A stretch of 59,685 nucleotides of DNA from a virus (Duplodnaviria > Caudoviricetes): IMG/VR virus record IMGVR_UViG_3300008110_000055, positions 1 through 59,685 of that record; one strand, 5' to 3'. The translations under genes and the position numbers were made by a program. Shown here piece after piece: positions 1 through 9,547 of the stretch (position 1 is its first letter; every line of letters starts with the position of its first letter). The notes beneath the pieces are model-generated. The model was not told where the DNA came from. It did no database searches and saw nothing but the letters and a program-made list of their open reading frames with translations.

Positions 1-115
1 CTATATATATATACTATAGTATATAGTAGTATATATACTATATACAGTATGTAGTATATATATAGTATATATACTATAGTAGTATATAGTATACTATAGT
101 ATTAGTATATATATA
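1..115. repeat. TA-rich low-complexity palindromic tract 1 (TATA/TAG/TAC units)
   Basis: TACTATAGTA at 12, 72 and 92; TAGTATATATACTA at 27 and 63; 18-bp perfect palindrome at 8-25. Confidence 0.9.
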
Positions 116-172
116 CACTCTACCGAGTACGCTCTATCCGAGGTAGAGTGGTGAGGCGCTCGGTTTAGAGTG
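116..172 (+). other. Inverted-repeat structured leader upstream of the first late gene
   Basis: CACTCTACC (116-124) is complementary to GGTAGAGTG (142-150); CACTCTA also matches TAGAGTG (166-172); CCGAG pairs with CTCGG. Confidence 0.45.
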
Positions 173-281
173 ATTGAACTTATCTACCTGAACGGTGACT
201 AAGTAGCCACCAGACTCGCTGTTAGGCGCAGGGACGCTTGCGCTGAATGCCTATCCACTTCTCCGGAGAAGACAATCCACC

Positions 282-1220
282 ATGAGTACACCACTAGAGC
301 TTCAGGTTGTACCTAACCATCTGCTTGAGCCTCAGTTCGATTCCGAAGAGAAGCGTGCTCTTCAGAAGCTAGCTGCTGGTACGGTAGATGCTGCTGTTGA
401 TGCAGTACAGCCTCAGCTAGATCAGCTTAACCAGCTACTCCAAGACCTGACAGTAGATCCCGTACCGTTTCGCTTCGTAGCTACTCCCGGCCAGACTAAC
501 TTCGTCATCAACGGCGTAGCCGCCGATAGTGGCGAGCTAGTCCTAGTCCACCGTAACGGTACCTACCTACACCCAGTCAACGACTACACCACGTCATTCA
601 CTATCGGTCCCGAGACTACCACGATCACGCTAGGTACTCCCGCTAACCTGAACGACGTGATTGCCGGCTTCGTCTACAACATCATCTCCATGACCGGAGG
701 CGGTGGAGGCGGGGCAAGTACGCTAGACCAGCTAACCGACGTCGTAATCCTAAACCCCCAGCTAGGGGACACGATCAAGTGGAACCCGGCTCTTAGCCGG
801 TGGGAGAACGCTCCGGACGCCACAGGCGGAGCTACGGGAACGAACATCACTCACACGGCTTCGGCTACGGACGTAACGGTAGAATCCAGTTCGGGTCTAG
901 ACACTACGATCCCCGCCGCTAACGGTACGCTAGCCGGCGTCATGTCAGCCGCTCAGGCAACCAAGCTAGCCGGTATCCAGGCCGGTGCTACCCAGAACGC
1001 AACAGACGCGGCTCTAAGGGACAGGGCTACCCACACCGGTACCCAAGCCTCCTCAACCATTGCATCAGCCTCACAGCGCGTCCTAGGCCGTTCTACGGCT
1101 GGTTCAGGAGCGGTAGAAGAGCTGACCCTCGGATCTAACCTAACGCTAGTCGCCGGAGTCCTCAACTCGGTAGACGTATCAGCCCCAGACTTTGTTCTTC
1201 AATCCTACGGAGTAATCTAA
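282..1220 (+). CDS. Tail fibre/virion appendage-like protein
   Basis: Thr/Gly/Ala-rich beta-type sequence, poly-Gly linker, LDQLTDVVI...W...WEN repeat unit typical of fibres; GGAG upstream. Confidence 0.6.
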   Translation: MSTPLELQVVPNHLLEPQFDSEEKRALQKLAAGTVDAAVDAVQPQLDQLNQLLQDLTVDPVPFRFVATPGQTNFVINGVAADSGELVLVHRNGTYLHPVNDYTTSFTIGPETTTITLGTPANLNDVIAGFVYNIISMTGGGGGGASTLDQLTDVVILNPQLGDTIKWNPALSRWENAPDATGGATGTNITHTASATDVTVESSSGLDTTIPAANGTLAGVMSAAQATKLAGIQAGATQNATDAALRDRATHTGTQASSTIASASQRVLGRSTAGSGAVEELTLGSNLTLVAGVLNSVDVSAPDFVLQSYGVI

Positions 1221-1221
1221 C

Positions 1222-1614
1222 ATGGCAACTAACGCTAATTACGCCTCAACCCCGCGAGCTGCTGTAGCCGTCCTTAACGCCGCTAACACGAACCGAGATG
1301 GTACGGGTACGATCGTAACCATTCTGTCTGGCGGTGCTAGCGGTACTCGCGTAGACGATATCCGTATTTCGGCTACCGGTACTACCACTGCAGGTATGAT
1401 TCGCTTCTACCTCAGTCTGGATGGAGGTACAACCAGTCGCTTGCTGTTCGAGGTACCAGTCACTGCTATTACTCCGAGTGCTACGGTACCCTCGTTCCAG
1501 TCTATCCTGACTAACCTAGGCATCCTGCTACCGGATGCTAACGCCCAGCTAAGAGCTTCGACCAACAACGCCGAAAGCTTCCACTTGGCTGTGACTCGGG
1601 CTGGAAACTTCTAA
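1222..1614 (+). CDS. Small virion/fibre-associated protein
   Basis: Tightly coupled to the upstream gene, beta-rich, Thr/Gly-rich. Confidence 0.5.
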   Translation: MATNANYASTPRAAVAVLNAANTNRDGTGTIVTILSGGASGTRVDDIRISATGTTTAGMIRFYLSLDGGTTSRLLFEVPVTAITPSATVPSFQSILTNLGILLPDANAQLRASTNNAESFHLAVTRAGNF

Positions 1615-1616
1615 GC

Positions 1617-1970
1617 ATGAACGTAGGCATTTTTAGTGGGGTTCTGGGGGCTACGCCTTCGGACCCCGTAAGCATCCGAAACAGGGTATCTAACAGGGCT
1701 ACCAACCTGTCTGTACTGGATAGGGGTGGATCCGTACGCAAGACGGATACGGGAGCCTACACTTACGCAATCCGACCTGACGTAATCGAAGGATGGAACG
1801 ATGACGCTGCTATTCTAGTAGCTAACGATGGCAGCTCCGGAGATCTGACCGTAGCAGGGCAAGGTACGGTAGTCATTACCGCAGGCACTACGGTAGGAGC
1901 CGTTACTATTCCTCCCGGAGATAGCAGGCTTCTAAGCCGAGTAGGCGTGGATAGTTGGAGAGCTAGATAA
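1617..1970 (+). CDS. Fibre-associated hypothetical protein
   Basis: Coupled ORF; C-terminal ...SRVGVDSW resembles fibre domain ends. Confidence 0.45.
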   Translation: MNVGIFSGVLGATPSDPVSIRNRVSNRATNLSVLDRGGSVRKTDTGAYTYAIRPDVIEGWNDDAAILVANDGSSGDLTVAGQGTVVITAGTTVGAVTIPPGDSRLLSRVGVDSWRAR

Positions 1971-1971
1971 G

Positions 1972-2679
1972 ATGGGAATTATCCAAGCAGCAGCTAGACC
2001 CCGTAGAGGGCTAGCAGGACCGATTAGTGTGGTGCACTCGTCTGTTTCTCACTATTCGGGAAGCGATGGCGAGTGGCAGATCATTATCCCTGATCCCGGC
2101 ACACTGCTAGCTAATGACGTAGTAGTAGTTTATAGCTCGACTATTAATGGTAGATGGAACGTGCCTACCCCTTCCGAGAACCTATGGGCAACTATTGGCG
2201 GAGACTTTCAGCAAGTAAATAGCAGAAACTATGCTTCAGAGGGACTTGTCCGACGTTTTGAGACAAATGGATCTTTGACACTGGCAGAAAGGACATTTAA
2301 GTACTTCACCAACTTTATCAACTCTACATCGCAGCTTGTAGTCGTAGTACTACGTGGTGTACGCAATAGCGGAACGTTTGTACAAGTTGACATTGGTCCA
2401 CGCGCTTATTCAACATTCGTTCCTCCCACAACCCCGTCGCCAGTATCAGCTGCTCGCGGTGGTTCAGGAAGCTTAGCTCTATCTTTCGGTCACACTCTTA
2501 GTGGTACTATTGGAGGTCCTCCGGGAGGATGGACTAACATCATTCAGCAGGATAACGCTGCAGGCGTCGCTTACTGCGAAGGGCAGTGGTTCCCAGCCGA
2601 TGGCACAACTACGCAGTTTGCTAGAACCCCGAGCCCGGCAACACGTGGCTTCGGTCTGATCCACTTTATCGCTCCTTGA
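1972..2679 (+). CDS. Putative receptor-binding/fibre-tip protein
   Basis: Beta-rich with aromatic residues; coupled to the upstream gene. Confidence 0.45.
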   Translation: MGIIQAAARPRRGLAGPISVVHSSVSHYSGSDGEWQIIIPDPGTLLANDVVVVYSSTINGRWNVPTPSENLWATIGGDFQQVNSRNYASEGLVRRFETNGSLTLAERTFKYFTNFINSTSQLVVVVLRGVRNSGTFVQVDIGPRAYSTFVPPTTPSPVSAARGGSGSLALSFGHTLSGTIGGPPGGWTNIIQQDNAAGVAYCEGQWFPADGTTTQFARTPSPATRGFGLIHFIAP

Positions 2680-2687
2680 GGTGATCC

Positions 2688-3020
2688 ATGAACCCGCTCA
2701 TTACCAACATTAATGCTCACGTACAGAGCGAGACCCTCGCTACGCGTACCATCATTGCGTGGAATCCAGTAGCTAATACCGGATCCATCAACTACGAATG
2801 CTCCGACTTCTACCAGCTTCGTTCAGACGGTAGCTACTTCGGAGTACCAGTACCTAACACCACGATCTCGGTACCTCTAGAGGAAGTCATTAACGAGACA
2901 GTTAACGTCGAGGTGGCTCCGGGAGTCTTCCAGCCCGTACCGATGACACTAGTAGCCGGAGCTATTAAGGCCCACTTTGCTGCTAAAGTTGCTCAACTAA
3001 GAGCCCGCAACGCGGGATAA
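2688..3020 (+). CDS. Hypothetical protein (fibre module)
   Basis: GAGG RBS, typical codon usage. Confidence 0.6.
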   Translation: MNPLITNINAHVQSETLATRTIIAWNPVANTGSINYECSDFYQLRSDGSYFGVPVPNTTISVPLEEVINETVNVEVAPGVFQPVPMTLVAGAIKAHFAAKVAQLRARNAG

Positions 3021-3033
3021 CGGAGGTACTATC

Positions 3034-3426
3034 ATGTCAGGATTTGCAGTTACCCAGCGCGCTTTCCGTTTTCAGGTAGGCACGCGTGAGTTCGCTATCG
3101 ATATCCAGCAGAACATCCTATTCGAGACAGAGCCGGGCGGTATCGGCGTATCACTATACGAGCGTGAAGGTGCCGTATGGCTTAACAAGTTTATCGAGTT
3201 CGGGCAGCCGCTCATGGGTGCCGGTGACGCAGCTATTACTGCAGCGGGAGGTGTCGTGCCGTTCTGTAGACTTATCGTAGGACGCGTCAACAAGGCGCTT
3301 AACGTGATCTTCGGGGCTACTAACGTAGATCCTCCCAAAAACCTAGCGGAGCAAGTACAGGATTACCTGCTAGCCAATCTCAAAGTTGTATACGTAGACG
3401 GCAAGCCGCAGGTACAGCTAACCTAA
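3034..3426 (+). CDS. Hypothetical protein
   Basis: GGAGG RBS, typical codon usage. Confidence 0.6.
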   Translation: MSGFAVTQRAFRFQVGTREFAIDIQQNILFETEPGGIGVSLYEREGAVWLNKFIEFGQPLMGAGDAAITAAGGVVPFCRLIVGRVNKALNVIFGATNVDPPKNLAEQVQDYLLANLKVVYVDGKPQVQLT

Positions 3427-3436
3427 CGAGGGAACT

Positions 3437-3997
3437 ATGTCACGTCCATTCAGCCTAAACGTACGTCGCCAGACTGCGGCTGACTTGGTAAGGCACGAAG
3501 CGATCCGGGAGTTTGCTTACCCGGATCCTTTGTCTTTACTAGCCCGCAAGTACAGACGATTGAAGTGGGGATTTGTACCAGCAAGACAGCTACTGGAGCA
3601 GGTACCAGAAGGCGAAGAGCACGGACGTCCTTGGACTGTAGGAGTAGGATTCACTCAAGGAGTAACCCCTGACTCCCGTATGACCCGAGAGCAGTCTCTT
3701 CGCAAGCTGGACGAAAAGGTAGGCAAGTACGCTGGAGATCTACAAAGACTGATCCCCGACATCACCGAACACCCGTTCGTTATCCAGACAGTATTTCTAA
3801 ATCTAATCTTCAACATGGGCTTTGAGCGACTAGCAAAGTTCAAGAATACACTAGCTTTTCTCCGTCAGCGAGACTATCAGTCGGTAGCTGATAACCTAGA
3901 AAAGTCGCTCTGGTATCGCCAAGTAGGCACCAGAGCCGTGGAGCTAGTAGAGCGCGTAAGAACTCTATCCATCAAACAGGAGCACGTATTCCGATGA
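3437..3997 (+). CDS. Endolysin, T4-lysozyme-like (GH24) muramidase
   Basis: RHE...AYPD...WTVGVG catalytic region, FNMG, SLWYRQVGTRA motifs. Confidence 0.85.
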   Translation: MSRPFSLNVRRQTAADLVRHEAIREFAYPDPLSLLARKYRRLKWGFVPARQLLEQVPEGEEHGRPWTVGVGFTQGVTPDSRMTREQSLRKLDEKVGKYAGDLQRLIPDITEHPFVIQTVFLNLIFNMGFERLAKFKNTLAFLRQRDYQSVADNLEKSLWYRQVGTRAVELVERVRTLSIKQEHVFR

Positions 3998-4290
3998 GCA
4001 AGAAGAACAAGAAGGCCGTAGCACTGGACTGCAACATCGTAGTCCTTACCAACGACATGACCCCGCAGAAGGTAGCTCTCATGGAGATGTTCTACCGGGG
4101 AGCCTTCGCTAACACCCTAGGCTACATGGATGCCCTTAACGAAGAGACTGGCGAAGTTGAGCAGCTAATCGTAGGCTTCGACAAGAACGCCGTCAACGGT
4201 CAGGTAGACACCTATCCGCTAGCCCGTCTCTTGGCTCCCAGCGAAGTAGCTAAGTACAAGGCACCAGACGGTAAGGGCGGGTACTTCTGA
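3994..4290 (+). CDS. Hypothetical protein
   Basis: ATGA overlap with the endolysin. Confidence 0.65.
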   Translation: MSKKNKKAVALDCNIVVLTNDMTPQKVALMEMFYRGAFANTLGYMDALNEETGEVEQLIVGFDKNAVNGQVDTYPLARLLAPSEVAKYKAPDGKGGYF

Positions 4291-4291
4291 T

Positions 4292-4717
4292 ATGACAACT
4301 CAGGCCGACAAGGCTTGGATCAACGACTTGAAGGACGCTTACCTACAGGGGGCGTCCGACGTCGAGATCTGCAAGATCCTTAAGATGACTCAACGAGAGT
4401 TCGACTCCTACTACGAGAAGTCTCCAAACTTCAAGGAGATGGTAGATATCGGACGTATGATGGCTAAGGCGTGGTGGTATGAGCAAGGTAGACGTAACAT
4501 CGAGAATACCAAGTTCAACACTACGCTATGGTCATTCAACATGAAGAACCGCTACGGTTGGGCTGACAAGACTGAGAACACTTCGGTCGATGCTGACTTC
4601 GAGGATATGGATCTCAGCAAGCTAGAGCAGATGCTTCGTAAGAAGGCACCTAGCGTACTACGCTTAATCAAGCCTACCATGACTGATGCAGAGATTGTGA
4701 ACCTCGATGCCAATTGA
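4292..4717 (+). CDS. terS: Terminase small subunit
   Basis: N-terminal HTH-like region, AWW..QGR and FNMKNRYGW motifs; immediately upstream of TerL. Confidence 0.8.
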   Translation: MTTQADKAWINDLKDAYLQGASDVEICKILKMTQREFDSYYEKSPNFKEMVDIGRMMAKAWWYEQGRRNIENTKFNTTLWSFNMKNRYGWADKTENTSVDADFEDMDLSKLEQMLRKKAPSVLRLIKPTMTDAEIVNLDAN

Positions 4718-7343
4718 CTTTGATTCCGATCTACCCTTGAATCCCTTTAAGCGCGTCTTCTCTTTGGAGGACGAGCTAGAGATGATGGACGCTGCCCGTC
4801 CTGACAAGGACAAGGATAACCGTAAGTCAGCGGCTCGTAAGATCTATGAGGTCACTAAGCTGATGGAAGTCTACGAGCGAAAGCTAGCAGAGGCAGGTAC
4901 TAGCAAGTGGTTCGTGGACGGTACTACTACCGACATCTCTAACTGCCCGAGACATCGTGCTTTTTTCGAGGCCGGTGCCGTTTACCACGAACGTCTGTTC
5001 ATGGCAGGCAACCGCCCGTTGGTTGCAGGTACAAAGGTACGTACGCCAGACGGCTACCACAAAAACATTGAAGACTTGAAAGAGGGAGATAAGGTACTAG
5101 CATATCAACTAAGTACTAACTCCCTAGTAGAAGCTAAAGTAACTAAAACGTATCACTACAATGAGCCAGCCTTTACTTACTCTAACGGAAAAGGCGTGTC
5201 CGTGTCTAGTACCCCAGACCATGAGTTTTTATATGTGTCTGGTAAAGGTGTATTGCGTCAAGATAAGGCAGAAAGATTAGCAGGTAAAGTGGATCGCAAA
5301 GTAGTAGTCCCATGTAAGTGGGATGTAGAAGAGAAAGATCCCGGCTTTTCAGAACGAGAGGCTTTACTGCTAGGACTACTAACTGGAGACGGGCACCTGT
5401 GTGCCAGAAATAGTCAGTTCAAGTTCACGAACAAGGCTAAGGAGTTAGTAGACTTGGCGGTAGCTTTAGGAACTGAGTTAGGAACGCAGCCGCGAGTAGT
5501 AAATAGCGGTACTTTTTATGATGTGTATTTTCCTAAACCCGAAAAAGGCAAAGGTAAGAGCACTCTGTTTCTGCTGCTAGAGCGTACTAATTTATTGGGA
5601 ACTAAGTCAGGGAATAAAACTGTACCCCAGTCACTTTTCTGCGCTCCGGTAGGGCACATCAAAGCTTATCTGCACGGACTGCTAGCTACTGATGGCTATT
5701 CGCGTTTGGGTAGGTATTGCCTCAGTACTACGTCCGCCTTGCTAGCCGAGGGCGTAGTGTCCTTGTGCCTCCGCCTTGGAATCAGAGCTACTGTCGCTAC
5801 GCGTAATCGTAAAGACCCTAACCATGCTGACGAGATTGTAGTATCTATTACAGGAGACGACAATCTAAAAGTTATCGGCAATGTGCCAACCAAGCCCTAC
5901 AAGCTACGGGGTGGTCGTGGACGAGCAGAGGTGCAAGCAGTCAGCTTTACAAAAGCAGAAGCACTAGGCAACAAAGATGTCTACTGCATCACTATTGACC
6001 ATCCAGATCACTTGTTCGTAGCTAATGGATTAGTTACTTCCAACTGTGGTAAGTCCATCTCGGGAGCTTTTGAGACGGCGTGTCATCTTACCGGACTGTA
6101 TCCAGAGTGGTGGGTAGGTAAGCGTTTCGATCACCCGATCTCAGCTTGGGCTGCCGGTCAGACGGGTCAGACTACACGCGATACCTGCCAGAAGGAGCTG
6201 CTCGGACCTCCGGGAGCCCTCGGCACTGGCATGATTCCTAAGGAGCTTATCCTAGGGACGGCGGTAAAGCAGGGCGTAGCTAACGCTATCGAACTAGTTA
6301 AGGTACGCCACGTATCAGGAGGAGTATCGGTACTAGGATTCAAGTCCTACGATCAGGGAGTCAAGGCGTTTTACGGTACGGCACAGCACGTAATCTGGCT
6401 AGACGAGGAGTGTCCTGACCTGATCTACAACGAGTGCTTGATCCGCACCATGACTACTGGTGGTATCCTGTACGTTACGTTCACTCCGCTGCACGGTATC
6501 ACCCCGTTCATCGTTAACTTCTGCAAGAACGCCAACTTCCTAGCCGGAGCTTCTCCAGTCACGATCATGACGGACGAGGAAGAGGAAGAGCAGCTAGGTA
6601 TTGGTAACAAGGCCAGCCGCGCTGTAGTCCAAGCTGGATGGGATCACGCTCCGTGGCTAGATGAAGATACCAAGAAGCGTCTAGAGGACAATACTCCTCC
6701 GCATCTACGTGAAGCTCGTCGTAACGGCACCCCATCGATCGGCTCCGGTAACGTGTATCCGATTCCAGTAGAGGAGATCGTGGTAGATGATTTCACCATT
6801 CCCGGTCACTGGCCTAAGTGGTATGGCCTAGACGTGGGCTGGAATAGAACCGCCGCTGTTTGGTTAGCCAAGAATCCAGACGATGGGTCTATCTACGTGT
6901 ACTCAGAGCACTATCGCGGACAGGCTGAGCCAGAAGTTCACGCCGCTGCTCTGAAGTCTAGGGGTGACTGGATCCGTGGGTGTATCGATCCGGCATCCAA
7001 GGGACGTTCTCAGGTAGACGGCCGCAAGCTAATCGACGTGTACCGTAAGCTAGGACTCAAGCTAGTCGAGGCCAATAACGCCGTAGAAGGTGGTATCCAG
7101 AACGTCTGGTCGCTACTAAGTTCAGGTAAGCTCAAGGTATTTAAATCCTGCGTGAACTTATTGAAGGAGTACATGGTCTATAGACGCGACCTTCAGGGAA
7201 GGATCGTAAAAGATAATGACCACGCCCTAGACGCTCTGCGCTACGGCATCAATACTGATAACGTAGCCATGGTCCAGCCGACCAATACGGCAAGACATTA
7301 CGGAGCCGCTAGTGCCCTCGGAGGAATCAGATATGACACCTAA
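4707..7343 (+). CDS. terL: Terminase large subunit containing an intein (about 535 aa after splicing)
   Basis: Walker A restored as AGNR|CGKS; Walker B IWLDEE; TFTP motif; nuclease GLDVG and DHALDALRY. Confidence 0.95.
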   Translation: MPIDFDSDLPLNPFKRVFSLEDELEMMDAARPDKDKDNRKSAARKIYEVTKLMEVYERKLAEAGTSKWFVDGTTTDISNCPRHRAFFEAGAVYHERLFMAGNRPLVAGTKVRTPDGYHKNIEDLKEGDKVLAYQLSTNSLVEAKVTKTYHYNEPAFTYSNGKGVSVSSTPDHEFLYVSGKGVLRQDKAERLAGKVDRKVVVPCKWDVEEKDPGFSEREALLLGLLTGDGHLCARNSQFKFTNKAKELVDLAVALGTELGTQPRVVNSGTFYDVYFPKPEKGKGKSTLFLLLERTNLLGTKSGNKTVPQSLFCAPVGHIKAYLHGLLATDGYSRLGRYCLSTTSALLAEGVVSLCLRLGIRATVATRNRKDPNHADEIVVSITGDDNLKVIGNVPTKPYKLRGGRGRAEVQAVSFTKAEALGNKDVYCITIDHPDHLFVANGLVTSNCGKSISGAFETACHLTGLYPEWWVGKRFDHPISAWAAGQTGQTTRDTCQKELLGPPGALGTGMIPKELILGTAVKQGVANAIELVKVRHVSGGVSVLGFKSYDQGVKAFYGTAQHVIWLDEECPDLIYNECLIRTMTTGGILYVTFTPLHGITPFIVNFCKNANFLAGASPVTIMTDEEEEEQLGIGNKASRAVVQAGWDHAPWLDEDTKKRLEDNTPPHLREARRNGTPSIGSGNVYPIPVEEIVVDDFTIPGHWPKWYGLDVGWNRTAAVWLAKNPDDGSIYVYSEHYRGQAEPEVHAAALKSRGDWIRGCIDPASKGRSQVDGRKLIDVYRKLGLKLVEANNAVEGGIQNVWSLLSSGKLKVFKSCVNLLKEYMVYRRDLQGRIVKDNDHALDALRYGINTDNVAMVQPTNTARHYGAASALGGIRYDT
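5016..6044 (+). mobile_element. Intein (343 aa, class 3-like, Pro1) with LAGLIDADG homing endonuclease
   Basis: Starts PLVAGTKVRTPDG, block B STPDHEF, LLGLLTGDG and YLHGLLATDG, block F VYCITI, ends LVTSN followed by +1 Cys. Confidence 0.92.
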
Positions 7344-9546
7344 CGATATGCCCGTCGAAGCCGAGCAGGATCTACTGCAGGCTACCCCGGAAGAGCTAGA
7401 AGAGCAGGCACGTCAGGCGGCAGAGGCCGAACGCGAACGCCGCGAAGCCCTGCTCAAGGATCTAGCCGCTACCGTAGAGTCAAAGTTTGAGACTCGCCGC
7501 AAGAACCGCTCAGGCAAGGAGCGTCAGTGGCAGGAGTCTATGCGACTATACTACGGATCCCTAGCCAAGGTAGGAAAGGTAGGCGTAAGTCCTGATCGCC
7601 CGTTTTCGAAAGAGGCTTCAGCCGATCGTCCGGACTACAACATCGTACGTACCAAGTGCGATATCGCCATTGCTCAGCTAATCTCGCAGCAGTTTGCTGG
7701 CGGAGATAAGAACTGGGACCTAGTACCGTCTGGGGAAATGGACGCCCAGTCCTGCATCGGAATGGAAAACACGATGGTACGTCAGCTCGATAAGAGCAAG
7801 TACGGGTATGAATCACGTACGGCTATCGAAGACCGCGTAATCCTAGGTTCTGCCGTTCTTAAGGGTCCAGTAAACACCAGCAAGGTTAAGTCATCTTACA
7901 AGCTAGATCCGACTAGCGCTCAGTGGGCTCCAGTATTCCAGTCCAACACCGAGCCGTCTTACGTTCGTGTCGATCCGTGGTACTTCTATCCGGACGATTC
8001 GACTAACGACTTCTGCTCAAGCGAAGACACGATCGAGCTACACCCACTCTCTAAGACGGAGATGGCCAAGTACTCTAAGCATCCCGGCTTTATCCGCGAT
8101 GCAATCATCGAGCTGCTCAAGGAAGACCCCAAGGACTATAGTACTTCCGCCATTGAGGAAGCTTCGGCTCTCATGGAGACTAGCCAGTCTTACATGAAGA
8201 ACAAGTATATGGTCCTAGAGTATCACGGTCCTGTTACTTCCGAACAGCTAGAAACTCTAGGCATCGTCCCGTCCTACGACTCAGTAGACGGCAAGACCTA
8301 CTACGGCGAAGTATGGGTATGCCAAGGTAAGGTCATTCGCGTAGAGCTAGCTAACATCGAAGACTTCGAGCTACCGTATCAGGTGTGCGAGTACAAGCGT
8401 GACCCGGTCAGCCCGTTCGGCGTTGGCCTGCCCCTACTAGTACGTGACGCTCAGCGTGTCGTAACGCAGTCGTGGCACATGGTACTAGACAACTCGGCCA
8501 TTTCTTCTGGTCCTCAGGTAGTTATGCAGAAGGATCTCATCGAGCCAGTAGACGGTGATTGGGAAATGCGCCCGCGTAAGGCTTGGTTCCTTACCGACCT
8601 ATCAGCTAACGTCAATCAGGCGTTCCAGTTCTTCGTTCCGCCTAACGTATCCGGCGACCTAATGGCTGTACTCAATGCCGCCAAGCAGTTTGCCGAGGAA
8701 GAGTCAGGTATTCCGCTGATGTCTGCCGGTCTACAGAACGGAACCGCAGTAACTACCGACTCGGCTACCGGACTAGGACTGCTTCAGCAGGCTAGCACCA
8801 CGCTACTTGACCTACTGAACGAGATGTGGGACGACAAGGTGACTACCCGCGTTATCAAGCGTCTATACGCTTGGAACATGCAGTACAATCCTGACCCGAT
8901 GATCAAGGGTAACTTCGAGATCGACGTAAAGTCTAGCTCAGATTACCGTAACAAGCAGCTATACATCCGCGATATGGAGAAGCTCAGCCTAGAAGCTAGC
9001 CAAAATCCCCAGACTGGTAAGTACGTTAACCTAGACGAGCTGCTAGTTGCTCGCCTAAGCATGATGCACCTGCCCTCAAGCCGCATCATCCGTACTCCGG
9101 AGGAGGTAGCTGCCTACGAACAGCAGATGGCACAGGCTCAGGGACCCAATCCGGAGCTAGTTAAGTTGCAGCTAGAGGAAAGACGTCTAGCTCTAGAGGA
9201 AAAGCGTGCTGCGCTAGAGGAGCTAAAGCTAGAGTTTGAGTTCAATCAGGCTCAGCAGCGTGAGGCTTGGGAATTCCAAGAGCGTCAGGCTAATACTTAC
9301 GCCCGAGTAGCGGAAGCGGAGGCTCAGGTAGTAGCCAGCCAGAACGAAAAGGACGTAGCCATGCTCAATCTAGCCGCTAAGGACGAGCAGTTCAGGGCTA
9401 AGCTAGGTACCGACCTAGAGATTGCCCGTATGCGTGAGGAGACTAAGGCATTCCTATCCGGTCAGCAGGACAATCGCAAGCAGATCGACCAGTTACTAAC
9501 AGCCCGCGAGCAAAAGCTCAAGCGCGAAACCGGATCAGGTATCTAA
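7333..9546 (+). CDS. Portal protein
   Basis: Follows TerL; GGAGG RBS before ATG 7333; VDPW.FYPD and PFGVGL motifs; C-terminal coiled coil. Confidence 0.85.
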   Translation: MTPNDMPVEAEQDLLQATPEELEEQARQAAEAERERREALLKDLAATVESKFETRRKNRSGKERQWQESMRLYYGSLAKVGKVGVSPDRPFSKEASADRPDYNIVRTKCDIAIAQLISQQFAGGDKNWDLVPSGEMDAQSCIGMENTMVRQLDKSKYGYESRTAIEDRVILGSAVLKGPVNTSKVKSSYKLDPTSAQWAPVFQSNTEPSYVRVDPWYFYPDDSTNDFCSSEDTIELHPLSKTEMAKYSKHPGFIRDAIIELLKEDPKDYSTSAIEEASALMETSQSYMKNKYMVLEYHGPVTSEQLETLGIVPSYDSVDGKTYYGEVWVCQGKVIRVELANIEDFELPYQVCEYKRDPVSPFGVGLPLLVRDAQRVVTQSWHMVLDNSAISSGPQVVMQKDLIEPVDGDWEMRPRKAWFLTDLSANVNQAFQFFVPPNVSGDLMAVLNAAKQFAEEESGIPLMSAGLQNGTAVTTDSATGLGLLQQASTTLLDLLNEMWDDKVTTRVIKRLYAWNMQYNPDPMIKGNFEIDVKSSSDYRNKQLYIRDMEKLSLEASQNPQTGKYVNLDELLVARLSMMHLPSSRIIRTPEEVAAYEQQMAQAQGPNPELVKLQLEERRLALEEKRAALEELKLEFEFNQAQQREAWEFQERQANTYARVAEAEAQVVASQNEKDVAMLNLAAKDEQFRAKLGTDLEIARMREETKAFLSGQQDNRKQIDQLLTAREQKLKRETGSGI

Positions 9547-9547
9547 C

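Noticed and set aside
1-115. TA tracts or the dispersed palindromes as a CRISPR array
   Set aside because: No constant repeat with regular unique spacers, and no cas genes
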